From Squalus acanthias (lineage: Eukaryota), in contig CM059431.1 in assembly GCA_030390025.1 (NCBI GenBank), forward strand, positions 32,054,001 through 32,118,000: a stretch of 64,000 nt of DNA, in the 5' to 3' direction. The translations under genes and the position numbers were made by a program. The notes beneath the pieces were generated by a model. The model had not been told where the DNA came from. It did not search any database and saw nothing but the letters and a program-made list of their open reading frames with translations. Positions 1 to 12,024 of this stretch are shown in pieces (position 1 is the stretch's first letter; each line of letters opens with the position of its first letter).

Positions 1-3000
1 ACAAATCCATGCTGGCTCTCTCTGATCAACTGAAAATTTGAGATGTTCAGTCACCCTATCCTTAATTATAGACTCGAGCAATTTCCCAGACAACAGATGT
101 TAAGCTAACTGGTCTATAATTCCCTGGCTTTCCTCTCTCACCATTTTTAAATAGCGGAGTGTCATGCACAATTTTCCAATCTAAAGGAACATTTCCTGAA
201 TCGAGAGAACTTTAGAAGATTAAAGTTAGGGCCTCTGCAATGTACTCCTACTTCCTTTAAAACCGTGGGATGGAAACCATCTGGTTCTGGGGATTTGTCA
301 CTCTTTAGTGCAATTTTTTTCTTCATTATTGTTATTTTACTTACATTAATTTTATTGAGTCCCTGATTTAGTTTCCTTGGGATTTCTGGCATGCTATCCT
401 CTTCCTCTACTGTAAATACTGACGCAAAGTAATTATTCAACATGTCCGCCATTTCCTTATCGATTTTATCACCGCTTTCAGTCTTTAAGGGGCCAACATT
501 GCTCCTGACTACCCTCTTTTTCCTAATATAATTGTAAAAAAAATGATTTTGATATCCTTTGCAAGTTTCCTTTCATACTCCCTTTTTGTAGCTTTTATGA
601 TCTGTTTTGTGACCCTTTGCTGTTCTTTGTATCTTTCCCATTCGCCAGGATCTATGCTATTTTTTGCATTTTTGTATGCCTTTTTTAATTTTATGCTGAT
701 CCTTACCTCTTTAGACATCCAGGGCTGTTTTTTTTGGCCAGTAGAGCTCTTGCCCCTCAGGGGTATAAACTGGTTCTATATCACCTTAAATTCTTTTTTG
801 AACATCTCCCACTGATGATCTGTCGTTTTACCCATTAACAGATTTGCCCAGTTTACTGTGGACAGTCTCCGTCTCATCCCCTTGAAGACGGCCTTACCCA
901 AATCTAGAATCTAAGTAGGTGTTTCATGTTTCTCCCTTTCAAACGCTACGTTGAACTCGATCATGTTATGATTGCTATTGGATAAATTTTCACGTACAGT
1001 TAAGCTGTTAACTAAATCTGCCTCATTACGAAATCTAATGTTGCCTCTAGGACATATTATTGTAGAAAACTATCCCAGACACACTCAAGAAATTCACTAC
1101 TGTAAAATTCGCAAATTATCGCGATTCAAAAATAACGAGAGAGAGATACAGTTTTGTTCAAGTAGTTTTATTTCAGCGAAATGCTGTCATGTTTCAAAAT
1201 GGACACAAGAAGCCTGTAAAATGGCCGCCGCGCCTCGTGGCAGAAGCTTCCAGAATTTTCAGTGGGCAGACAAGATGGCGTTCGAATAAACATTTCAGTA
1301 TAAGATTGGTTAATACGCAGCCAACATTGGTAAAGACAGGATGCAACCTGTCTGCATTCGACACAATAGCAAAGATATAAGTGCTGGAATCATTTTCCAT
1401 GTACAAGTAAGGACTATTGTACTGGGCAATCAGAGGCCCATCCAAAAGACATCAATACGCAAATTCCCCGCAGCTCTACAATGAGAGAGCCATTCGCGGG
1501 TGCTTACACAAATATTTCGGAGGCCCCCAAAACACCGCCAGGGAAGCTCCCAGCCGGTTCCACAATGGGAGAAACATTAACGGGTATTTGGCCAGTTACA
1601 AGTGTCACCGAAACCCATTACAAACAAGAATCACCCCATACTGAGAAGTTTGAGCGCCAAGATTTTACAAAAGATGAACATTAAGATTGGGCGGGAGATA
1701 AGGGAACCGAGTACTATAACTATAGACAACAAACGTCCATCGCTCTCTTATCCTTTCATTCGCTTGGAATCGACTCTCGGCTCTTATCCCGGACGACCGT
1801 TATTTTCTCTTGTTCCGCTGATCCCTTTTGGGGTCGACCTCGTGGCGTGCTGCGAAATTGGGTGCACCATCCCGAAGGTCGGTAAACGGTGTCTGGACCC
1901 GAAGGCCCGAGGAGATGAGATGAGATGAGAAGAAGAAGAATCCACGTGCCGCCGTGGTCAGTAAACCCCGACCGCGCCCGAAATATATGAACATTGTTGA
2001 GCTCTATAGGTTTTGATCAGGAATCCGAGGTCAACACAGATCTTCATAACAGCAGACGATTTAGCCTGCTAGCCGGAGCAGAGCAAATAAACAAGTGGGG
2101 TACAGAGACCCCTGGTCAACACGTGAACGGTCAGGTGTTGCAGCGAAAACAGCCGAGCACCGTTTTTAGAATTCTCCGAGGTATTACGAGTGGTGAGCAT
2201 GTTTCTCGATCCTACAGATCTAGATTAGAGCAGGCATTGATAGGGGAGGGGGGTTTTATTAAGGATAATTATAATGTGTGTCCCCTTTTACGATGTGTCG
2301 TGCGCTCCTCGTTTCCCTAAACCTAGTTTAATAAATGTATGTAAGCTTGTACTGTCATTAATCTGTGCTTATGACATGTATTTCATAATTCTGAACAATA
2401 TGCAATAAAGATTTCCATTTCGTACTATTCAACCGGGTCTATTTGAGTTTTCTCTGCATTACTGCTCTCGCACCTAAGTCCAGTGTTAGAACCGTAAGGG
2501 CGAGTGGGTCGAACCACTCACAGGTGCTTATTGCAACAAGGCTGGCCGGAGACCAGAGCAAGCAATAGTATTAGGCAACGAAGGCCTAACCCCGCACAAG
2601 CACCCTGAACCGTAACCCCTTACACTACCTTTCTGACAGGTGCTAGTCTGCTTATCCCAATCTATATGAAAGTTAAAATCCCCCATTAAATCCACTCTGC
2701 CTTTGCTACACACTTGTCTAATCTCTGCATTTATGCAATCTAGTACTTCACAGCTGCTAGCAGGGGACCTATACACAACTCCCATTACAGTCTTAAATCC
2801 TTTCCTATTTCTTAATTCTACCCATAAAGTCTCCACTACCTGCTTACCTCTCGTTATATCCTCTATCATTGAAGTGATTTCATCCTTAATCACGAAGGCT
2901 ACTCCTCCCCTTCTGCCATTTTCCCTATCCTGTAGACCTTATAATCTGGTATATTTAGTTCCCAGTCCTGACTGTTTTGCAGCCATGTCTCAGTAATGGC

Positions 3001-3110
3001 TACCATGTCATACCCTCCAATTTGAATTTGCGCTAGCAGTTCATTCAATTTATTCCTTATACTCCGTGTATTTGTATAAAGAACGCTTATTTGGGCCACA
3101 CACCCTAGTT
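1..3110 (-). mobile_element. Decayed CR1 LINE (endonuclease to RT N-terminus), interrupted by the solo LTR at 1101-2624
   Basis: ORF remnants: LYTNTRSIRNK...AITETWL (APE endonuclease), GVVYRSP...MGDFN, KSPEPDGFHP. Confidence 0.9.
1101..2624 (+). mobile_element. Solo LTR (Gypsy or ERV type), 1524 bp
   Basis: Termini TGTAA...TTACA; 4-bp TSD CTAC (1097-1100, 2625-2628). The empty site ttcactacctttctgac is seen in a sister CR1 at ~31991. TATA-like motif at ~1713; AATAAA at ~2330 and ~2404; CpG-rich; no pol motifs. Confidence 0.85.
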
Positions 3111-3463
3111 CTCTGCTTAAACCTTACACCTTAAATTATCTAGTTTATCAAATAGTCTGTCCACACAGGCATAGTCTTGTCCCTTTATCATTTTAAACAC
3201 TTCAACTAAATCATGCCAAAGTCTGTACTTTTCTAGAGTAAAAAGACCCAGTCTGAGTCTATCGTGATAACTAAGGGCTTTTAAACTAGCAATCATTCTA
3301 GTGGCTAGAATGGAGAACAGCTGGCACATGACCCAAAATCAGTACATCTCGGAGTAACTCTCAATCACACACTTGTACAAGGACCACCTCACCAAGGCAG
3401 CTCAGAAGATCAAGAGCAGAATTGGCTCTCTAAATAAGCTTGCAGGCTCAAATTGAGGAGCTA

Positions 3464-4700
3464 ATGGCTATCTAACAGAAAGCAAAGAGTTGGGATAAAT
3501 GGTTCATTCTCAGACTGGCAATCAGTAACTAGTGGTGTTCCACAGGGGTCAGTGCTGGGTCCCCAACTCTTTACAATCTATATTAACGATTTGGAGGAAG
3601 GGACCAAGTGTAACATATCAAAATTTGCAGATGATACAAAGATGGGAGGGAAAGTAGTGAGTGAGGAGGACATAAAAAACCTGCAAGGGGACATAGACAG
3701 GCTAAGTAAGTGGGCAGAGATTTGGCAGATGGAATACAACACTGGAAAGTGTGAGGTGATGCACTTTGGCAGGAAAAATCCTAGAGCAATTTATTATCTT
3801 AATGGCAAGAAACTGGAGAGTACTGAAGTGCAAAGGGATCTGGGGGTCCTGGTGCACGAAACTCAAAAGGTTAGTATGCAAGTGCAGCAAGTGATTAAGA
3901 AGGCAAATGGAATGTTGGCTTTCATTGCTAGGGGGATAGAATATAAAAATAGGGAGGTATTGCTTCAGTTGTACAAGGTATTGGTGAGACCGCACCTGGA
4001 ATACTGCATACAGTTTTGGTGTCCTTACTTAAGGAAAGACATCCTTGCTCTCGAGGCAGTGCAAAAAAGGTTCACTCGGTTAATCCCGGGGATGAGGGGG
4101 TGGTCATATGAGGAGAGGTTGGGTAGATTGGGACTCTACTCATTGGAGTTCAGAAGAATGAGAGGCGATCTTATTGAAACATATAAGATTGTGAAGGGGT
4201 TGGATCGGGTGGATGCGGGGAGGATGTTCCCGATGACGGGTGAGACTAGAACTAGGGGACATAGTCTTAGAATAAGGGGCTGCTCTTTCAAAACTGAGAT
4301 GAGGAGGAACTACTTCACTCAGAGGGTGGTAGGTCCATGGAATATGCTGCCACAAAAAGCTGTAGAAGCTACATCATTAAATAAATTTAAAACAGAAATA
4401 GACAGTTTCCTAGAAGTAAAGGGCATTAAGGGTTACGGGGAGCGGGCAGGAATTTGGACATGAGTCTAGGTTCAGATCGGTCATGGCCCTGTGGGTAGTG
4501 GAGCGGGCCCAGGGACCGTGTAGCCTGATTCTGCTCCTATTTCGTGTGTGCAATTCTGTTAGATGCAGGAGATGGTTCTGTGATAGTAGATAGGCGGTTA
4601 GGATCAGATCAGCCATGATCTTATTGAATGGCGGAGCAGGCTCGAGGGGCCGATTGGCCTACTCCTGCTCCTATTTCTTATGTTCTTATGTTCTTATGTA
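3464..4700 (+). mobile_element. Young 5'-truncated CR1 LINE with intact RT C-terminal ORF (3552-4463)
   Basis: 303-aa ORF with QGSVLGP/FADD; 3' tail (TTCTTATG)n; nearly identical to 60845-62082. Confidence 0.97.
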
Positions 4701-5120
4701 CTCAGCTGGAGCATATTGTGCATACCAAACTAGCTGATGTACAATTAAATCAAACAATGAGAATAATAACAGGGACTATCAAACAACAAACACTGAATGG
4801 CTACCAGTTCCTTTCAAATATATGGCCTCACATCAGGTGTTGTAGCAAATTACCTCCTTGAGCAAATCCATACCTGCCACTTTTCAAAGATATATGGGAG
4901 GTGCCTCAGCACCAACCTGGACTATGCTATCAACCATCTTCATGGGGGGGACACTGTCTCATTATGGTTAACAGAATGGGGACAAGCTGTTCTCTGTAAG
5001 AAACAACTTTCTAATCGCCCAGCCTGAAGAGAGACTACCTGACCATGCTATCATGCCATCTCTGGTGCAAGCTCGACCATTTTAGATATGAGTTGGTAAG
5101 GTGTGTGGCAAATGACCACA

Positions 5121-5177
5121 TTTATTTTTCAAATTTATTGGCCTTCTTCTGTGCTGTAAATTTCTATGATTCTATGA
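5121..5177 (+). mobile_element. Miniature CR1 3'-tail insertion with a 24-bp TSD
   Basis: tggccttcttctgtgctgtaaatttctatgattctatga flanked by taaggtgtgYggcaaatgaccaca at 5097-5120 and 5178-5201. Confidence 0.75.
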
Positions 5178-5464
5178 TAAGGTGTGCGGCAAATGACCAC
5201 ACCTGCGAACTCAGGAACCCCCCTCTGTGCAGTGCAGTTGTGGATGCTGTACATCTACTGAATGGCTGCTCATTTCATGCTGTTCTACCAGAACTTTCCA
5301 GACTCCACAATGCTGACCCTGAGGCTACCAAATGACTAAAGCATGAATGATGCCTACCTAAGCCCCTTGACATATTTGACATAGTTTATCTTCCTACTTT
5401 GTAGTTTATGCTTTGATTTTTTTCCAATCTTTATTGTACCACTAGTGCATTCATATAAATAATA

Positions 5465-5790
5465 TTTCTAGTGGCCCTCCTTGTCCAGGGCCTCTACATG
5501 AGGGAACCAAAACAAGCCAAAGTATTCCAAAGGAGACCTAACCAAGATCTTGTACAAGGTCACTATGGTTCTTTTTGTTTTCTACTAGATCATCCTCACT
5601 CTACATCCTAGTACTCCATTTGCATTTGCAGTAGCCTTTCAGCACTAATTGTGCTCCTTCAGAGAATCATGTACTGTAACTCCTAGGCCCCTTTCCCATT
5701 CAACAGGCTTTAATTCTGTACCAAGTATGGAATATACATGCTTGGCATTAGCCCTACTCACGTGCATGACACCATGGAGTAGAAATCTGT
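5465..5790 (-). mobile_element. Old CR1-type fragment; it continues the piece at ~3115-3310
   Basis: Minus-strand remnants ELKPVEWERGLGVTVHDSLK...ANG...LYKILVR; the 3' part RLGLFTLEK is in ORF 3117..3329. Confidence 0.65.
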
Positions 5791-6897
5791 TAGGACTGTT
5801 TTCGTGCCTAAAATCATCACTGCACAGACCCAATTGTGGGGTGCAATTAGAAGGCAAAATTGGTCAGGGGCCCTCATTATCGTTAAGGCTGCCAGCGCTA
5901 GTAGCACTATTGATTGACAATGCGCCTAATTGGGGGATTGGGGGATTGGGGTGGGCAGGAATATCATGCATCCTTGACACTATTTAAAGACAGCTTGCAC
6001 TTCTTAAAAGGGGCGTGCACTTTGGCTGTAGGCAACTTCTGAACATGACGGGCCAAGGAGAAGCTTCAAAGGCCCCACCTTGCTCGAATGCAGCATTGGA
6101 GGTCTTGGTGGGGCAGGTAGGCAGGAGGAGGGATATCATTTTCTCACCATTGGCAGGAAGGCTTCCTGACTAGCTGCAGTGGGCACAGGTGGCAGAGCAG
6201 GCCAGTGCTAGGAGTATCGCCCCACAGACCTCGTTGCAACGCAGGAAAAAGTTTAATGGCCTCCCCTGATTACCAGCACTCTTCTCCATTCACTGCAGCA
6301 CACTTCACTCCACTTCCCTCTGCTCCTAATGTCACATTCTTCTCTTACTCTCATCACTATTACGGCCATCACCTCCTCACACCTCTGCTACTTTTGATAC
6401 ACTAGCACCATTATTTTACCTTGAAGTGCACACCCTCAAAGCTTCTCGCTAGGTTACCACCAACACTCTCCTTTCTTGGAGGGCAAGCTTGCAAGCAATA
6501 ATAGGGATGAGGTAGAGCATCCAGTCATGTCCTCTTCCCAATTGAGGCGCAACTCATGGTGATCGCAAGGACTGGTCGCATCAGCGGTGTTGCAAGTGGC
6601 AAAGGTGGAGAACACATTCTACAGGGTTCTTGGATATCTTTCACACTGTCCTTTCTCTCTGAAATCTCACCCTTACACACTATGCATGACAAGTGCAGCT
6701 GCTTTTAGCAGCCACTCAACTGATTATCCTAGACACTAAATGCTAATCCTTGCCCCTTTCTTCCCTTTCAGGTGAAGAAAAGATAAAGCGTTCAGATGCG
6801 GAGACGGTGGCACTCATGATGATACATCATCACTCTTACTTTAGCAAGCATCAGCTCAAAAGATTGGCACTATATGTACTTTACACGATAGGTTAGA

Positions 6898-7828
6898 AAC
6901 ATAGAAGATAGGAGCAGGAGTAGGCCATTCAGCCCCTCGAGCCTGCTCCGCCATTCAATGAGATCATGGCTGATCATCCAAATTCAGTACCCTGTCCCTG
7001 CCTTCTCTCCATATCCCTTGCTCCCTTTAGTTTTAAGAAATATATCTAACTCCTTCTTGAATATATTTAATGAATTGGCCTCTACTGCCTTCTGTGGTAG
7101 AGAATTCCACAGGTTCACCACTCTGGGTGAAGAAATTCCTCCTCATCTCAGTCCTAAATGGCTTACCCCTTATCCTTAGACCCCTGGTTCTGGACTCCCC
7201 GGCCATCGGGAACATCCTTCCCGCATCTAGTCTTTCTAGTCCTGTTAGAATTTTATAAGTTTCAATGAGATCCCCTCTCATTCTTCTAAACTCCAGTGAG
7301 TATAAGCCCAATCGACCCACTCTCTCCTCATACACCATTCCTGCCATCCCGGGTATCAGCCTGGTGAATCTTCGCTGCACTCCCTCCATGGCAAGAACAT
7401 CCTTCCTCAGATAAGACGACCAAAACTGCACACAATACTCAAGATGTGGTCTCACCAAGGTCCTGTACAACTGCAGCAAGACATCCTTGTTCCTGTACTT
7501 GAACCCTTTCGCTACAAAGGCCAACATACCATTTGCCTTCTTAACCGCCTGCTGCACCTGCATGCTTACCTTCAGCGATTGGTGCACAAGGACACCCAGG
7601 TCTCGTTGCACTTCCCCTTCTCCCAATCTATTGCCATTCAGATAATAATCTGCCTTCCTGTTTTTGACACCAAAGTGGATAACCTCGCATTTATCCACAT
7701 TATATTGCATCTGCCATGCTTCTGCCCAATCCCCCAACCTGTCCAAATCATACTGGAGTTTCTCGGCATCCTCCTCACGGCACACACTCCCACCCAGCTT
7801 TGTGTCGTCTGCAAACTTGATTTGTAAT
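6898..7828 (-). mobile_element. 5'-truncated CR1 LINE
   Basis: ORF 7033..7785 is the RT C-terminus; 3' tail near 6898; TSD ggttaga at 6891-6897 and 7829-7835. Confidence 0.95.
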
Positions 7829-8998
7829 GGTTAGAGAGATCAGCACTGGGAAATTCACCGAGCCCTAGTGTGCAGGAGCATGGGCAGGGGGATGAGATGG
7901 CCCAGGAAGCAAGGCGGAGCTTTCATTCTAGCTCTGCTGCAGAGGGCACAGCCTGCATTAAAAGACTGATTCCTATATACTAGGACATTTGAAGTGCATT
8001 GAGCAGCCTGCCAGTGAGCTTGCGCACAATGGTAGAGAGCATGGAGAAATCCAGCTCTAGCTTGTGTGGGGTTACACAGCATGGCATTGAGACCCTGCAG
8101 TCAATCATGGAGTGAGTGGTCAGCTCTATGAACACTGCAGTGGGGCCGACATTGATGAGCCTCTAGTGACAGCTCTGACAACTTCGTTGGGAGTTCAGAT
8201 TGTTGCCATCGTGGCTCTGGAGTCTAGCATGTCTTCTGCTTATCAATCCATGAAGGAGAGCATGAATAGAGACTTCCAGAGCATCAGTACACTCCTTCAC
8301 TCTGTTCTCACGAAGAGCAGTAGGAATGTAGAGGTGCAGCCCCATGACAGTGGCATTGGCTCAATGGAAGAAGCTCATGCTGTCTTCTCCAGATTTGTAG
8401 TGGTTTTCTGCATGCTACACAATTATGCAATGCTTAGGGACCAAGCCTTACAGCCGCCACAGGAGAAAGAAGTCAAGGAGGAAGATGAAGGGGACGAGGA
8501 AGAAGAGAATAAGGAAGACCAAGGTCGAGCAGTGCAAGGCAAAAAATAATTGAGGAGAGATTTTCCTAAACAAACCCTTCCCCTGCACACAAACAGTCTC
8601 ACCAACTATCTGACTCAGTGCTTCCACCCACCTTCTGAATGCCCTCCAACATTGCTACCTCATGGTTCTTTCTCTTACATACTTAAGAATACAAAGACCA
8701 ACACCAATGTAAAAAAAACTTCTTACTTAACATTGTGTACATTGCATATTTAACAAATTTTACTTCCCTTAATGTTGATATTAAATCACCCTAATGCAAT
8801 CCCTTAGTCCCTGACCTCTCTGCTCGTTTACCTATTCTAGCACTCCTACAGGGTCGGTCCCCTGTCGCAGGAGTCTGGGAGGTGGAAGGCTGCTGATCAT
8901 CATCAAGAGGGAAGACAGGGTGAGCCCACAGGTTTATTTTCAGACCCCCCACCCCACCTGAGTCAAGGCTTTTCAGAAGCAATTCTGCTATTATCATA

Positions 8999-9059
8999 AT
9001 GCGGAGATGCCGGCGTTGGACTGGGGTGGACAAAAATGAGAAGTCGCACAACACAACTC
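8999..9059 (-). mobile_element. ~60-bp 3'-terminal fragment of Penelope-like family B with a 12-bp TSD
   Basis: Matches 24348-24407 and the reverse complement of 42007-42065; TSD gctattatcata at 8987-8998 and 9060-9071. Confidence 0.85.
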
Positions 9060-10679
9060 GCTATTATCATAGAGGAGGAGGAGGAGCAGCACAGAATGGA
9101 GATAAGGAGAGTCAGGAATCATTGAAAGAATATGTAGCACACTAGGTACTTACACCCCCACCGATAGAGAATACAGGCAGCATAGGCATTATGAGGAGTT
9201 GTGTATTAAGTAGAGTGCGTTTCAGTAAAGAGGCAAAAGGGAATCTCTGTGACTTGCTGCAGGAAGACCTCAAGCCACACTGATCGACCCACACTGCTCT
9301 TAGTGGCTATGAAGTGGCTACAGCAAGGATTAGAAATTGACTACCCATAACCATATATATTTAAATGAAATTGTCTTATTTTTTAATGATTTTTTATTAG
9401 AAAAGTGCAAAATCATGCAACATTAACCAAACTGTAAAATATACCCAGCTAACATGCTGTGATCAATACATGACAAAAATAAACCCACAGACAAGAAACA
9501 AAAAACTAGCAGTTGAACTGAAATCCCATCCTCTCTATGCGTACTGCATCTGGTGACCCCCTTAAGGAAAGCCAATATCAAAATCAGCAGAACCAAAGAG
9601 GTGACCAGCATATAGATAAAGAAAATCTTAATTTTCCATAATTATTGCAAATATTGTGTACATAAAAAGATGCACATACACACATACCAAGCAGACAAAA
9701 TCAGAACATTTAGATTACCTATCTCATGCGATCTTCTTTATTCCTGAAATGTTAACAACTTTCACACACTGTAGGAACTTGTTCAATCTTGATTGGTTTT
9801 GGAGAAATCCTGTGTTTAAACAAGCCCCTACATTTTTGTGTCATGACATCAATGGGCCTCTTCCACCTGTGACCTTCTACTTCTACATATATAAAGGACC
9901 AAGAACTGCACCACAGTGGATGGTTGGGAAGGATTGTGGTGTGTGAAGGATGCTATTCGAAGAATGAAGATCCTACCAGGTAGGCAAGCTAACTTTCTTC
10001 ATCCTATATTCTTCATTTAATGTGAAAGACATGCCAAAGTTGTACCAATTTAGGAGGAGGGAGAGCCTAGCTGGGATACCCCAAACCTTGCTGCTAAAAT
10101 AGATCTGCTGAAAATATCATACTGAGTACAGGGCACATTTAAATAGCAATCTTTGGTAAACATGTGAAGGGTACTCCATTTAGCTGCTCCACAGACACTG
10201 TAAATGGAAACACGAGTAAGGGGGGTCCAGGAATCAGCAGTGGCACAAGTAGAATATCCATTAACTGGGTCTCTGGGGGACACACTAGTCAAATGATAAC
10301 AATGGAGAAAAGTACTCCACCAGCCATTTCACTATACACTGCTTCATCACTGAGCTGAGCAAGAATAGGTCCCATCTGAGGGGCACGGAAATACTGGCCC
10401 TACTCACTGACAGAGCTGCTGAGAAGCACAGTTGATGAGTTCAGTTTGGGGTGATCAGAATGAAATTTGACTAGTTCCCTCACACTACCAAAAAAGAATT
10501 ACAGCCATTGCGCAGGTCTTGGGCCTTTATACAATCTGCCATGACATAATCATTTAGGAACGCACTTAAGCATGTGATAAACACAAAGCCAATCAGGACT
10601 GGACAAATTATTATGGTGTGTGAAGGATGCAGAAGGATGAAAAATAAACAAGTTTGAATAACCGAACAGCAGAAGTCAA

Positions 10680-11765
10680 CAACACAACAATAGTAACTTG
10701 CACTCATATAGTGCCTTTAAGGTAATAAAATATCCCAGATGCTCATTTAAGAGAGCTTGGACATAAGAAGTACAACAGTTGATGGCTGATTGCATGGTAA
10801 AAGATAGGTTCTGAGGAAGCTTTTAAGATGGGACAAAAAGTACCAAAATGACGAGGTTTAGAGAGTACTCCAGATGTTAGAACCAAAATAGTTGAAGGTT
10901 TGGCCACCAAAAGTAGTGGCAAGAGGATGGGATGCACAAGAGGAAGAATTGGAGGAAGGTAGATCACAGGCTCTGACATAGGGCTGAAGAAGACTGCAAA
11001 TCTAGGGAGGGATGAGGCAATGGAAGATTTATAAAAAGTACAAGTATGGTGAATTCACTGCACAGGGGACAAAGAGACAATGAAGTTTGGGGAAGGATAA
11101 TAGGTGAGTGGGACCTAGTGCAAGACAAGATGCAGGTAGAAGAGTTTTGGATGCATTGCAGTTTGTGTAGGGTGCAGCTAGGGATGCCAGTGAGGAATCA
11201 AAGCTTGAGGTAAAAATGTCAGCGAGCCGTGGGGCAAGGAGAGGCAGCTGAGTAATCTGGAGTATGCAAGATGGCAAACATACTAGAGGGTAACACAGAA
11301 CGGGTCGAGGTTGGAGATCCACTGGGGGAATAGGAGAGGGCAGGACTGGAAAAAGATGGGGGATAGAAAGGATGTTAGAGAGGTTAACACTTGGCAATTA
11401 AGCTGAATATGCACTGAGAAAGGGTAATGAGTTGTAAGACAAAAGATGGATGCCATGATGGGTGCAGTGGAAGATACTAGAGTGGAGCAGAGGGAAGTCG
11501 TGGGCATGTCCAGGAAAGAGTTGAGCCTGGAACAACAGCAGAAGAAGGGATTGGAATGGTAATAGTGTTGAATAGGGTGTGGGAACTGAGAGGGGGAAAT
11601 TACAGAAGACAATGAAGGGAGAAGAAATAGGAGTAGAGACAGCAGAGGCTTGAAGAGATAGGGGTCAAGGAGAATTGCAAAGAGGACCAAGAGGCAGCCA
11701 GCTGGGTTAGAGATACTCAGGTCTGGAGGAATGCCCAGTATTGCATGCAGGATTGGGTGCAACAA
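10680..11765 (-). mobile_element. Old L2 LINE remnant immediately downstream of the host stop codon
   Basis: L2-type 3' end (reverse complement of ...aaaggcactatatgagtgcaagtt..tgttgtgtt) and a purine-rich plus strand like the L2 at 27495-29525. Confidence 0.6.
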
Positions 11766-11825
11766 CGGTAGCTTTAGATAACATAAACAAGGTGCAGAGA
11801 AAATTAAACATGGCTAAGCAATTCC

Positions 11826-12024
11826 TTAGGTAGAGGCTTGGAGGTCATCTGTACTCTCTTTAAAGCAAATGGTGATATATGGATCTGTGCCTGCTGCTGA
11901 TAGGTCAGGTTTCTCACATGTAGTTGGGGCATTAACAATTTCAAAACATTTTAGGGTATGATAAGCAGTGGGGCCTCCATGGTTTAGTGGCTTATTCAAA
12001 CTCTTGTATCTTTCATGTCGAAGT
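11826..12024 (-). CDS. WDR95: WD40 gene terminal coding exon: [65 protein letters not shown]
   Basis: strong acceptor ctaatttttcccccttttttatag|; phase 2 start; 65 codons then TAA at 11826-11828. Confidence 0.82.

Larger units (their letters stand above)
3312..5345 (+). mobile_element. Decayed Ingi/Vingi-like (I-group) LINE 3' region, split by the young CR1 at 3464-4700
   Basis: Translated remnants HLGVTL..YKDHLTKAAQKIKSRIGSLNKLAGSN(W)GA, HTKLADVQLNQTMRIITGTIK, LWCKLDHFR...RC..., LSRLHNADPEATKW; clade assignment from remembered motifs. Confidence 0.6.
5795..9330 (+). mobile_element. PIF/Harbinger transposon remnants (Myb/SANT-like gene plus transposase pieces)
   Basis: 6045-6265 reads AP..SNAALEVLVGQVGRRRDIIF...WAQVAEQASARS...RKKFN (Myb/SANT-like). 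8395-8520 reads VVVFCMLHNYAMLR plus an acidic tail (HARBI1-like C-terminus). 9170-9320 reads RVRFSKEA..LCDLLQEDL (N-terminus). Boundaries are approximate. Confidence 0.7.

Noticed and set aside
972-2320. Short ORFs inside the 1.5-kb insertion as gag/env or novel genes
   Set aside because: All are 108 aa or shorter with no recognisable retroviral motifs; they are consistent with chance ORFs in an LTR.
8112-8549. 145-aa ORF with an acidic tail as a host gene
   Set aside because: It is a fusion of Harbinger accessory-gene remnant and transposase C-terminus (CMLHNYA plus E-rich tail).
11029-11765. Leu/Pro/Ser-rich ORFs here and at 34886-35306
   Set aside because: They are low-complexity translations of pyrimidine-rich decayed L2 or purine-tract DNA.
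9390-11825. Poly(A) signal for the WD40 gene
   Set aside because: Minus-strand AATAAA candidates (~9394, ~9737) lie over 2 kb from the stop across an L2 relic; they cannot be assigned without transcript data.
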